Origin: Isurus oxyrinchus
Lineage: Eukaryota
Reading direction: 5' to 3'
NCBI GenBank assembly: GCA_026770705.1
Contig: JANJGN010000546.1
Location: forward strand, 186,001 to 250,000
DNA length: 64,000 bases
Part shown: in pieces, positions 23,860-36,900 of the stretch
How the letters are laid out: every line of letters starts with the position of its first letter
How positions within the stretch are numbered: position 1 is the first letter of the stretch
The notes under the pieces: generated by a model
Databases searched by the model: none
What the model was told of the DNA's origin: nothing
What the model saw: the letters and a program-made list of their open reading frames with translations, nothing else
Position numbers and translations under genes: made by a program

Positions 23860-24380
23860 TGGTGTCACTGGGTTCAGTTCTGAGTCCAGCAGCTTAGGAA
23901 GGATATATTGTCCTTGGAGGGGGTGCTGTGCAGAGTCACCAGGATGATCCCGGGTCTGAAAGGGTTAAATCCCGAGGACAGGTTGCACAGACCAGGCTTG
24001 TGGTCCCTCGAGTCTCGAAGATTAAGGGGTGATCTAATCGAGGGGTTTAAGTTGATTAAAGGCTTTGTTACGGGCAATAGAGAGAAACTATTTCCTCTGA
24101 TGGGGTTGAGGTGAGGAGGGTTCAGAACAAGGGGGCAGAACATTAACATTGGAGCCAGGCCGTTCAGGGGGTGATGTCAGGAAGCACTTCTTCACACAAA
24201 GCGGGGGTGGAAATCTGGAACTCTCTCCCCCAGAAAAAGCTGTCGAGACTGGGAGGGGTCAATTGTAAATTTCAAAACTGAGATTGGGAGATTGTTGTTG
24301 GGTCGGGGGTTAAGGGTTACAGAACCGAGGCGGGTGGATGGGGTTAAGATACAGATCGGACGTGATCCAATCAAATGTTA
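23860..24380 (+). mobile_element. CR1 LINE 3' fragment
   Basis: LEGV..TRMIPGLKGL..SLESRRLRGDLIE motif. Confidence 0.8.
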
Positions 24381-25439
24381 GGACGGTGAGTCTCAGGGAG
24401 GCTGGCCCAACCCCAGACGCAGCCGTCTCTGTGACCTGTTTCAACCCTGTGAGTCAGCAATGACAACATGAGTTGATGTTAGCCTGATATGTAGTGCATG
24501 GAGGGATATTACTCTCCAGGGTGTGTGTGCATCACAGTGCTCATTCACATGTGTTCCATGTGCACCTACATCAGCTGTGTAGACATACAAGCCTCAATGC
24601 TGCATCCGCGGAATGTACCATGTCTCACACCTTAGCTGCAGCACGACCCTTCCCTTGGAGCTCTGTGTGCTCGAGACATATTTTGTTATTTTTTCCTGCC
24701 GTCTCTGTGACCCCCGACCCGGGAGTGAAAATCCGGCCTTAACTTCCACTTTCTAGTGTCTGAGACAAGAGGCAATGAGTGAGTGGGCTGACGGTCAGGA
24801 TTAATGCTGTTAATCTGTGTTTGAGGGGCTGTGAATTCTCGGGGGACTAGTTACTCTCTGAGCAGCAGCTTCCAAATCCTTATTTGATGCCGTGCATGTG
24901 GGGTTGGAAGATTCTTTTTAAAACCACAGGCAGTTCACAGAAACCCACAGGAAACCCACAGAGAGACAGTCACTGAGATACACACTCACTCCTTGTGGTT
25001 TCACCTTTTAACCACATCCTGTCTGTGTGCCTTAAATGTTAAACACAGTGGCCAGACTCAAGGAGGTTTCACTCTGTNNNNNNNNNNNNNNNNNNNNNNN
25101 NNNNNNNNNNNNNNNNNNNNNNNNNNNNNNNNNNNNNNNNNNNNNNNNNNNNNNNNNNNNNNNNNNNNNNNNNNNNNNNNNNNNNNNNNNNNNNNNNNNN
25201 NNNNNNNNNNNNNNNNNNNNNNNNNNNNNNNNNNNNNNNNNNNNNNNNNNNNNNNNNNNNNNNNNNNNNNNNNNNNNNNNNNNNNNNNNNNNNNNNNNNN
25301 NNNNNNNNNNNCAGACAGACACAAGCACACTCACATTCACACACACAGACACACATTCACTCACACACTCACTCACACACACAAACACACACACAAAGAC
25401 AATATCCGAACGACAACAAACTGCGATTAAGAACTTCCT

Positions 25440-27630
25440 ACAACTTAACTAACAGACCAAAGACGTATTGAACTGTCTAAAAGTGATCTGTTTTTCAAAG
25501 AAATACAAGATTGTACACAGATCAAAAATGGCTGACACGAGTCACCTGATTGCTGATACTGTGAAGTTGATCACTTCTCTGGAAAGGTTCAAATGAATTG
25601 CACTGCAGACCTGTTGCATGGAAGTTCACGCCTGGGGTGTGTCAGGGTCCACTTCAAACAGGGACACTCTTAAAAGGAAGGCATTAAAATGCAAAGTACT
25701 GGACTTTGATCAGCTGTAGTTCTATCAAAACAGTGGGAACTGCTCACCAAGCAGAGAATCATCAGCCATTCAAAACCCCCTGTGGAGGATACAATACCCC
25801 CATCTCCTGTTGATTTATATCTTGAAATGCATCAAATGTTCCAGAGATGCAAAGATAAAAAAATGGGAATATTTGGTCTATAACAATGAATGTAAAACAT
25901 GCTGATCGAATTGACTTCAGGGATATACAGACAGGAGTTTAACAAATGGTTCTGCCAAGCAGATATAAGAGAAAGGAGGGGAAAAAGAAATATGGCAGTC
26001 TTCCACAAACACTGCTGGAAAAGAGCAGAAATGATTTCTCCCTCTCTCTCTCTCTGTCTGAAGCTAACAGAATGTCTTCAACAATGTGCAAGTCTGAGCC
26101 AGATAAAATACAGGAATCTACAGAAAACCAACTAATTTAAAACAGCTTCAAACTTCACAGCCTACGCTGCAGTACAAGCAAACGACTCTTTTAATTTTTT
26201 ATTGGACTCTATAATTATNNNNNNNNNNNNNNNNNNNNNNNNNNNNNNNNNNNNNNNNNNNNNNNNNNNNNNNNNNNNNNNNNNNNNNNNNNNNNNNNNN
26301 NNNNNNNNNNNNNNNNNNNNNNNNNNNNNNNNNNNNNNNNNNNNNNNNNNNNNNNNNNNNNNNNNNNNNNNNNNNNNNNNNNNNNNNNNNNNNNNNNNNN
26401 NNNNNNNNNNNNNNNNNNNNNNNNNNNNNNNNNNNNNNNNNNNNNNNNNNNNNNNNNNNNNNNNNNNNNNNNNNNNNNNNNNNNNNNNNNNNNNNNNNNN
26501 NNNNNNNNNNNNNNNNNNNNNNNTGTCCCATTTTAATTATTTTTCCTCCAGTTAGGTAACTAATAAACTTACTCTTTCTTTGACTCCAACAAACGTGGTT
26601 TAATTGGTTCATTCTTAACAATCAAAAAGACTTGTTTTGGAAATTGTATTTGGGGGAAAATATATTTTAAGCCTTTTTTTCAACCAACCATAATTACCTG
26701 TTAAACCTCTTAACCTCATTACTACTGAATTCAAAGCCCACATCTCAAAACATACAAGTTGCAAATTAGTTGTGACAGTTGTTTCAAGCTTCCCTCCAGG
26801 ATTTGAACAGCTCAGCATTTACCATCTGTTATGTCATAACAGAGCTTCCTTCAACTTAGCCAATGAGCCAAAAATGTATTGAACTGTTTAAAGGAGACCT
26901 GTTTTTCAAAAGTACTAGATTAGGCACTGATCAAAAATGGCTGTCACGAGTCACCTGATTGCTGATACTGCAAACTTGATCACTTCTCTGGAAAGCTTCA
27001 AATGAATTGCACTACAGACATGTTGCATGAAAGTTCTCACTGAGGTGTGTCAGGGTCCACTTGAAACAGGGGCTCCATTAAAAATGCAAAGCGCTGGACT
27101 CTGATCACTGTAGGTCTATCAAGCTAATGGGAACTGCTCACCATGCAGATATTCATCAATCATTCAAAACCCCTTGTGGAGGATGAAATGCCTCTATCTC
27201 CTGTTGATTTATATCTTGAAATGCATCAAATGTTTCAGAGATGCAAAGATCAAAAAAGGGATTACTTGGTCTGCGACAATGAATGCAAGACATGCTGATC
27301 GAATTCCCTTTGGGAATATACAGACAGGAGTTTAACAACAGGTTCTGTCAAGCAGATATAAGAAAAAGTAGGAGGAAAAAGAAAGATGGCAGTCATCCAA
27401 AAACACTGCTGGAAAAGAGCAGAAATTCTCTCTCTCTCTCTCTTTCTGAAGCTAACAGAGCGTCTTCAACAAAATGCAAATCTGAATCAAATCACCACCA
27501 GGATGCCACAGGTAACCAATTAACTTTGAACAGCTGCAAACATCAAAAATCTACACCTCAAAGACAAGCAATTGTATTAATCATATATTCTTTTAAATTT
27601 TTATTGGACTCTAACTTTTTAATTATGACT
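25440..27630 (+). repeat. Two diverged direct copies (about 25440-26215 and 26850-27625) of an LTR-like ~770-bp sequence
   Basis: Collinear similarity, e.g. TCAAAAATGGCTG.CACGAGTCACCTGATTGCTGATACTG in both copies. Confidence 0.7.
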
Positions 27631-27974
27631 TGTGTGTCTGTGTGTGTATCTGTCTGTCTGCTTCTGTGAGTCAGTGTGTGTCTGTGTGTGTGTGTCTGGG
27701 TGAACATGTGTGAGTGAGTGTGTGTCTGTCTATGTACCCTTGTGAGTGAGTGTGTGTGTGTGTGTACCTGTGTGCGTGTGGATTGTCGCTTCTTTATTAT
27801 TAACGTTATTTAAAAATAGTGATCAGACAAGCCTGGCTCCTAAGGAGATGAAACTACAAACAATTTACAGTAAAGTAAAATGTACAGGAATAATCTATTT
27901 ATTTTGAGTTGATGATATATAATTATACATGAGGCATGTTGCTAATTTCAAACATCATCTGAAATATGGTAGGT

Positions 27975-28370
27975 CTGACAGAGCAGCATTCCCTCAGTGC
28001 CCACCCTCTGACAGTGCAGCACTCCTTCAGTATTGACCCTCTGGGAGTGCAGCACTCCCTCAGCACTGACCCTCTGGGAGTGCAGCTCTCCCTCAGTACT
28101 GACCCTCTGGAAGTGCAGCACTCCCTCAGTGCTAACCCTCCAACAGTGCAGCACTCCCTCAGTACTGACCCTCTGACAGTGCAGCACTCCCTAAGTACTG
28201 ACCCTCTGACAGTTCAGCACTGCCTCAGTACTGACCCTTTGACAGAGCAGGGTCTCCCTCAGTACTGACCTCCTGACAGCGCAGCACTCCCTCAATATTG
28301 ACCCTCTGACAGTGCAGCACTCCCTCAATATTGACCCTCCAACAGTGCAGCACTCCCTCAGCACTCCCTC
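27975..28370 (+). repeat. 33-bp minisatellite array
   Basis: Direct inspection. Further arrays at 30440-30975, 39125-39670, 41265-41480, 51165-51380 and 63875-64000. Confidence 0.95.
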
Positions 28371-29084
28371 ACTGGGGAGAGTCCATCTGGGTTTTGAGCT
28401 GAAACCTTGAGACGGTTTGAAAACCCCAACCTGCTGTCTTGGAGAGAGAGAGAGAGAGAGTGAGTGCGTGTGTGAGAAAGAGAGACAATGTGTGTGTGAG
28501 AGAGTGATAGTGCGTATGTGTGCGAGAGAGAAGGATAGAGAGAAAGAGAAAATGTGTGAGAGAGCAAAAGAGAGGTAGAGTGTGTGCGCATGAGAGAGTG
28601 AGGTAGCTGAATTGTGTGAGAGAGAGAGAGTGTGTGTGAGAGAAAGGGAATGTCTGTGTTAGAGAGAGAGCTTATGTGTGAGAGAGAAAGAAAGAGAGAG
28701 AATCTGTGTGTGTTAGATAGTGTGTGTGTGAAAGAGAGAGTGTGTATGTGAGAGAGCGTGTGCGTGAGAGCGTGTGTGTGTGTGTTTCAGAGAGAGGGTG
28801 TATGTGTTTGAGAGAAGGAGTGTGCGAGAGAGGGTGTGTGTATTTGAGAGGGAGTGTGTGTGTTTAAAAGAATGAACAAGAGAAAATGTGTGTACGTGTG
28901 TGTGTGTGTCTGCGTGTGCATTCTGACTGAGCCGAGTTCACAGTTTCACACGTTGCTAGGGACCACTTTTCCTCCTCTCTGTCAGACTGTGTGTATCTGA
29001 CAGCAGGTCAGGCAGGAATAGTCCAGAATGCGCTGTGGTTTTGTAGCATTGAAACAATGACATGAACTAAATGAGTGCTGCACC

Positions 29085-29351
29085 AAATAAAGACATGGAG
29101 TTACCACACCAAAAAACCACGTGACTTCCCCAGTTTCACATCTCCCTCAAACACAGAAAAACTGGGTTAACACTGACCCTCCTCCCAGAGCCAGTTCACC
29201 TCGTGTCCGATGCAGTCAGGAGAGGAAGATCATCTCTCCTCCGATCCTGCTAAACTGAACATTTCCAGAATTAGATCAGCTCCCTGAAGTGTCTCCAGTT
29301 AGACATTCATCTGACAGGATTGACTCTACAACCCTGGGGACTCATTCTCCT
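29085..29351 (+). promoter_or_regulatory. Possible second-type promoter and non-coding first exon
   Basis: Clustered RUNX/E-box/ETS motifs (AACCACGTGACTTCCC, about 29116-29131), GAGGAAG near 29222, donor CCT|GTAAGT at 29351/29352. Lies upstream of the orphan leader at 41 kb. Confidence 0.35.
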
Positions 29352-29429
29352 GTAAGTAAAACACTTGCTGCTCCTGTCAAATCTCTTCTGTACAGCATGG
29401 TCTCTGGATGTCCCAGAACACTTTACAAT

Positions 29430-29670
29430 AGAGTTCACCCTTTTTTCGAAGTGTGGTTACTGTTGTAATGTAGGAAACGCAGCAGCCAATTAGCGCACAG
29501 CAAGCTCCCACAAACAGCAATGTGATCACCTGTTTTTAGTGATGTTGGTTGAGGGATAAATATTGGTGCCAGGACACCGGGGAGATCTCCCCCCTGCTCT
29601 TCCTCCAAATAGTGGTTGTGGGATCTTTCACACCCGCTCGAGAGGGCAGACGGGGGACTCGGTTTAGTGT
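29430..29670 (-). mobile_element. SINE fragment (DeuSINE/SacSINE-like 3' region)
   Basis: CTGTTGTAATGTAGGAAACGCAGCAGCCAAT..CACAGCAAGCTCCCACAAA. Related copies at about 14990-15170, 18090-18250 and 63015-63200. Confidence 0.65.
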
Positions 29671-30974
29671 CTAATATTGGACTAATCTCCAGGCGAGGTT
29701 GGCTGGATGGATTATTGACAAGGTCCATTCACCCTGTAAAGAGTTTCTCTGGTTTGAAATACCCGATCAAACATCGAGTTCTGTGTCTAAACCTTGTGTT
29801 GAAAAGACACTTTTCCAGCTCTTCACCTGCCATTAGCTGTTGAGTCTTCACACGCTCCGTCTGTCCGTGACCAACCCCTCTTAGCTCATCCTTTCCTTGT
29901 CGTACATCGAGCTATTCATCCTGACGGGTTCCCTCCTTCCCAGTAACACTCCATCTCCGACATCAAACTAACTCCCAACACGTTGATGAATTGTATGGAT
30001 TCCAGCGTCAGTTGGTTCTGTCTGAGGCTGTTTCTCTGATCGGGGACCGAGCTGTTCTGAACGGACATTGTGTTCAGCAGTTCTTATTGCAGATCAGGCT
30101 GTTCAACCAATGCTGCTGTTCACTGAGGTGACTCCGATTCTACATTCACACATTAATGATCTCATGTCCAGCAGCAAACATCTGAATGAAGCCAGGTTCA
30201 AGAAAAATCCCAGCTGCTTGATCCGACAGTTATCTGTTCAGGCATGGCCCCTTGTTCCAAATAACAAACATTATTTAAAAATAGTCATCACATGAGCCTG
30301 GTTAACAAGGAAATGAAACCATGAACAATTTGCAGTAAAGTGAAACATACAGGACTAATCTATTTATATTGAGCTGATGATTTAGAATTTTACACGAGGC
30401 ATGTTGCTAATTTCAAACATCATGTGAATTACGGCAGTTCTGACAGTGCAGCACTCCCTCAGTACTGACCCTCTGACAGTGCAGCACTCCCTCAATGCTG
30501 ACCCTCCGACAGTGCAGCACTCCCTCAGTACCGACCCTCTGACAGTGCAGCACTCCCTCAGTACTGACCCTCTGACAGTGCAGCACTCCCTCAGTACCGA
30601 CCCTCTTGACAGTGCAGCACTCCCTCAGTACTGACCATACTACAGTGCAGCACTCCCTCAGTACTGACCCTCTGACAGTGCAGCACCCCCTCAGTACTGA
30701 CCCTCTGACAGTGCAGCACTCCCTCAGTACTGACCCCCAAATAGTGCAGCACTCCCTAAGTACTGATACTCTGACAGTGCAGCACTCCCTCAGTACTGAC
30801 CGTACTACAGTGCAGCACCCCCTCAGTACTGCCCCTCTGACAGTGCAGCAGTCCCTCAGTACTGACCGTACGACAGTGCAGCACTCTCTCAGTACTGACC
30901 CAAGACAGTGCAGCAACCCCTCTGTACTGATCCTCTGGCAGTGCAGCACTCCCCCAGTACTGACCCACTGACAG

Positions 30975-33900
30975 TGCCCATTCAGTCCCTTGAGCCTTTT
31001 ACTCAGGAACAGCAGGTGGCCCATTCAGGCGCTCGATCCTGTTATGCAGGAAGAGGAGGATGCCAATTCATCTCCATGTACCTGTTACATAGGAACAGGA
31101 GGAGGACCATTCAGCCCCTCGAGCCTGTTACACAGGAACAGGAGGAGGACCATTCAGCCCCTCGAGCCTGTTAACAGGAAAAGGAGGAGGCCCATTCAGC
31201 CCCTCGAGCCTGTTACACAGGAACAGGAGGCCCATTCAGCCCCTTGAGCCTGTTACACAGGAACAGGAGGAGGCCCATTCAGCCACACAAACCGGTTACA
31301 CGAGAACTGGAGGAGGCCTAGTTAGCCTCATGAGCCTGTTACACAGGAACAGGAAGAGACACATTCAGCCCCTCAAGTCTCTTAGATAGGAACCGGTGGA
31401 GGCCCATTCAGCTCCCTCGATCCTTTTACACAGAAACAGGAGGAGGCCCATTTTGTTCACTTGGGCCTGTTACACAGGAACACGAAACCCATTCAGTCCC
31501 ATCAAGCTTGTTTCAAGCAAAGAGGAGGAAGCCCACTCAGCCCCTCGAGGCTTTTACACAAGAACAAGTGGAGGTCCACTCAGCCCCTCAACCCTGTTAC
31601 ACAGGAACAGGAGAACCATTCATTCCCTCAAGCCTGTTATGCAGGAACAGGAGGAGGCCCTTTCAGTCCCAGGAGCCTGTTATACGGGAACAAGAGGAGG
31701 CCCATTCAGCCCCCTCGAGCCTGTTACACAGGAACAGGAGGAGGCCCATTCACCCCCTCAAGCCTGTTACACAGGAACAGGAGGAGGCCCATTCATTCCC
31801 TCAACCCTGTTACACAGGAACAGGAGGAGGCCCACTCAGCCCCTCGAGACTTTTGCACAAGAACATGTGGAGGTCCACCCAGCCCTCAAACATGTTACAC
31901 AGTAACAGGAAAACCATTCATTCCCTCGAGCCTGTTACACAGGAACCGGAGGAGGCCCATTCAGCCCCTCGAGCCTGTTACACAGGAACAGTAAGACACC
32001 CATTCAGCCCCTGAAGCCTGTTATAGAGAAAGGCCGAGGCCCATTCAGCCCTCGAGCATGTTACACAGGAACAGGAGGAAGTCCATTCAGCCCTCTCGAT
32101 CCTTTCACGCAGGAACAGGAAGAGGCCCATTCTGTTCTTTGGGGCCTGTTACACAGGAACATGAGACCCATTCAATCCCATCAAGCTTGTTACACAGGAA
32201 CTGGAGGAGGCCCCTTCAGCCCCTCAAGCTTGTTTCAAGAGAAGAGGAGGAGGCCCACTCAGCCCCTCGAGGCTTTTACACAAGAACAAGTGGAGGCCCA
32301 CTCAGCCACTCAACCCTGTTACACTGGAAAAGGAGGAGGTCCATTCAGCCACATGAGCCTGTTACTTGTGAACAGAAGCAGGCTCACCAAGATCCTCGAG
32401 CCAGTTTCACAGGAACAGGAGGAAGCCCATTCAGTCTCTTGAGCCTGTTACACAGGAACAAGACGAAGCCCATTCAGCCCCTCAAGCCTGTTACACAGGA
32501 ACAGGAGGAGGCCCATTCAGTTCCTCAAGCTTGTTGTAATAGAAGAGGAGGAGGCCTACTCATCCAAACGAGGCTTTTACACAAGAACAAGTGGAGGTCC
32601 ACTCAGTCCCTCAATCCTGTTACACAGTAACAGGAGAACCATTCATTCCCTCAAGCCTGTTACACAGGAACAGGAGGAGGCCCATTCAGCCCCTCGACCC
32701 TGTTACACAGGAACAGGAGGAGGCCCATTCAGCCCCTCGAGCCTGTTACACAGGAACAGGAGGAGGCCCATTCAGCCCCTCGAGCCTGTTACACAGGAAC
32801 ATGAGGAGGCCCATACAGCCCCTCGAGGCTGTTACACAGGAACAGGAGGAGGCCCATTCAGTCCCTCGAGCCTGTTACGCAGGAACAGGAGGAGGCCCAT
32901 TCAGTCCCTCGAGCCTGTTACACAGGAACAGGAGGAGGCCCATTCAGCCCCGCAAGCCTGTTACACAGCAACAGGAGGAGGCCCATTCAGCCCCTCAAGC
33001 TTGTTTCAGGAGAAGAGGCGGAGTCCCACTCAGAGCCTCGAGGCCTTTACACAAGAACAACTGGAGGAACACTCAGCCTCTCAATCCTGTTACACAGTAA
33101 CAGGAGAACCATTCAGCCCCTCGAGCCTGTTTCAAAAGAACAGGAGGAGGCCCATTTGTCTCCATGAACCTGTTACTCAGGAAAAGGAGGAGGCCCATTT
33201 GCCTCATGAGCCTGTTACACAGGAACAAGTGGAGGTCCACTTAGCCCCTCAACCATGTTACACAGTAACAGGAGAACCATTCATTTCCTCGAGACTGTTA
33301 CACAATAACAGGAGGAGGCCCATTCAGCCCCTCGAGCCTGTTACACAGGAACAGCACAACCATTCATTCCCTCGAGACTGTTACACAGGAACAGGAGGAG
33401 GCCCATTCAGTCCCTCGAGTCTGTTACACAGGAACAGGAAGAGGCCCATTCTGTCCCCTTGAACCTGTTACACAGGAACAGGAGGAGGCCATTCAGCCCC
33501 TCAAGCCTGTTACACAGGAACAGGAGGAGGTCCATTCAGCTCCTCAAGCTTGTTGTAATAGAAGAGGAGGAGGCCTACTCATCCAAACGAGGCTTTTTCA
33601 CAAGAACAAGTGGAGGTCCATTCAGCCTCTCAGCCCTGTTATACAATAACAGGAGAACCATTCTTTCCCTCAAGCCTGATAAACAGGAACAGGAGGAGGC
33701 CCATTCAGCCCCTCGAGCCTGTTACACAGGAACAGGAGGAGGCCCATTCAGCCCCTCGAGCCTGTTACACAGGAACAGGACAACCATTCATTTCCTCGAG
33801 ACTGTTACACAGGAACAGGAGGAGGCCCATTCAGCCCGTCGAGCCTGTTACACAGGAACAGGACAACCATTCATTTCCTCGAGTCTGTTACACAGGAACA

Positions 33901-36900
33901 GGAGGAGACCCATTCAGCCCCTCGAGCCTGTTACACAGGAACAGGAGGAGGCCCATTCAGTCCCCTTGAACCTGTTACACAGGAACAGGAGGAGGCCCAT
34001 TCAGCTCCTCAAGCTTGTTGTAATAGAAGAGGAGGAGGCGTACTCATCCAAATGAGGCTTTTACACAAGAACAAGTGGAGGACCACTCAGCCCCTCAACC
34101 CTGTTACACAATAACAGGAGAACCATTCATTCCCTCAAGCCTGATACACAGGAACAGGAGGAGGCCCATTCAGCCCCTCAAGCCTGTTACACTGGACCAT
34201 GAGGAGTCTCATTCATTCCCTCAAGCCTGTTACACAGTAAAAGGAGAACCATTCATTCCCTCGAGCCTGTTACACAGGAACAGGAGGAGGCCCATTCAGC
34301 CCCTCGACCCTGTTACACAGGAACATGAGGAGGCTCATTCATTCCCTCAAGCCTGTTACACAGGAACAGGAGGAGGCCCATTTGCCTCATGAGCCTGTTA
34401 CACAGGAACAAGTGGAGGTCCACTTAGCACCTCAACCATGTTACACAGTAACAGGAGAACCATTCAGTCCCTCGAGTCTGTTACACAGGAACAGGAGGAG
34501 GCCCATTCAGTCCCCTTGACCCTGTTACACAGGAACAGGAGGAGGTCCATTCAGCCCCTCAAGCCTGTTACACAGGAACAGGAGGAGGCCCATTCAGCCC
34601 CCTCGAGCCTGTTACACAGGAACAGGAGGAGGCCCATTCAGTTCCTCAAGCTTGTTGTAATAGAAGAGGAGGAGGCCTACTCATCCAAACGAGGCTTTTA
34701 CACAAGAACAAGTGGAGGCCCACTCAGCCCCTCAACCCTGTTACACAGTAACAGGAGAACCATTCATTCCCTCAAGCCTGTTATACAGGAACAGGAGAAC
34801 CATTCATCCCCTTGACCCTGTTACACAGGAACAGGAGGAGGCCCATTCAGCCCCTCGAGCCTGTTACACAGGAACAGGAGGAGGCCCATTCAACCCCCTC
34901 GACCCTGTTACACAGGAACAAGAAGAGGCCCATTCAGCCCCCTCGAGCCTGTTACACAGGAACAGGATGAGGTCCATTCAGCCCTTCGAGCCTGTTTCAA
35001 AAGAACAGGAGGAGGCCCATTCGTCTCCACGAACCTGTTACTTAGGAACAGGAGGAGGCCCATTTGCCTCATGAGCCTGTTACACAGGAACAAGTGGAGG
35101 TCCACTTAGCCCCTCAACCATGTTACACAGTAACAGGAGAACCATTCATTTCCTCGAGACTGTTACACAGGAACAGGAGGAGGCCCATTCAGTCCCCTCG
35201 AGCCTGTTACACAGGAACAGCACAAACATTCATTCCCTCGAGACTGTTACACAGGAACAGGAGGAAGCCCATTCAGTACCTCGAGTCTGTTACACAGGAA
35301 CAGGAAGAGGCCCATTCAGTCCCTCGAACCTGTTACACAGGAACATGAGACCCATTCAATCCCATCAAGCTTGTTACACAGGAACTGGAGGAGGCCCATT
35401 CAGACCCTCAAGCTTGTTTCAGGAGAAGAGGCGGAGTCCCACTCAGCCCCTCGTGGCTTTTACACTGGAACAAGTGGAGGACCACTCAGCCCCTCAAACC
35501 TGTTACACAGGAACAGGAGAGCCATTCATTCCCGCGAGCCTGTTACACAGGAACAGGAGGAGGCCCATTCAGTCCCTCAAGCCTGTTACACAGAAACAGG
35601 AGGAGGCCCATTCAGCCCCCTCGAGCTTGTTACACAGGAACAGGAGGAGGTCCATTCAGCCCCCCTGAGACTGTTACACAGGAACAGGAGGAGGCCATTC
35701 AGCCCCTCAAGCCTGTTACACAGGAACAGGAGGAGGCCCATTCAGCTCCTCAAGCTTGTTGTAATAGAAGAGGAGGAGGCCTACTCATCCAAACGAGGCT
35801 TTTACACAAGAACAAGTGGAGGTCCATTCAGCCCCTCAGCCCTGTTACACAATAACAGGAGAACCATTCTTTCCCTCAAGCCTGATACACAGGAACAGGA
35901 GGAGGCCCATTCAGCCCCTCGAGCCTGTTACACAGGAACAGGAGGAGGCCCATTCAGTCCCTCGAGCCTGTTACACAGGAACAGGAGGAGGCCCGTTCAG
36001 TCCCTCGAGCCTGTTACACAGGAACAGGAGGAGGCCCATTCAGCCCCCTTGAACCTGTTACACAGGAACAGGAAGAGGCCCATTCAGTCCCCTTGACCCT
36101 GTTACACAGGAACAGGAGGAGGCCCATTCAGCCCCTCAAGCCTGTTACACAGGAACAGGAGGAGGCCCATTGAGCCCCTCGAGCCTGTTACACAGGAACA
36201 GGAGGAGGCCCATTCAGTCCCTCGAACCTGTTACACAGGAACATGAGACCCATTCAATCCCATCAAGCTTGTTACACAGGAACTGGAGGAGGCCCATTCA
36301 GACCCTCAAGCTTGTTTCAGGAGAAGAGGCGGAGTCCCACTCAGCCCCTCGTGGCTTTTACACTGGAACAAGTGGAGGACCACTCAGCCCCTAACCCTGT
36401 TACACAGGAACAGGAGAGCCATTCATTCCCTCAAGCCTGTTACACAGGAACAGGAGGAGGCCCGTTCAGTCCCTCGAGCCTGTTACACAGGAACAGGAGG
36501 AGGCCCATTCAGCCCCCTCGAGCCTGTTACACAGGAACAGGAGGAGGTCCATTCACCCTCCTCGAGCTTGTTACACAGGAACAGGAGGAGGTCCATTCAG
36601 CCCCCCTGAGACTGTTACACAGGAACAGGAGAACCATTCAGTCCCTTGAGACTGTTACACAGGAACAGGAGGCGGCCCATTCAGCCCCTCGAGCCTGTTA
36701 CACAGGAACAGGAGGAGGTCCATTCAGCCCCCCTGAGACTGTTACATAGGAACAGGAGAACCATTCTTTCCCTCAAGCCTGATACACAGGAACAGGAGGA
36801 GGCCCATTCAGCCCCTCGAGCCTGTTACACAGGAACAGGAGGAGGTCCATTCAGTCCCTCAAGCCTGTTACACAGGAACAGGAGGAGGCCCATTCAGCCC

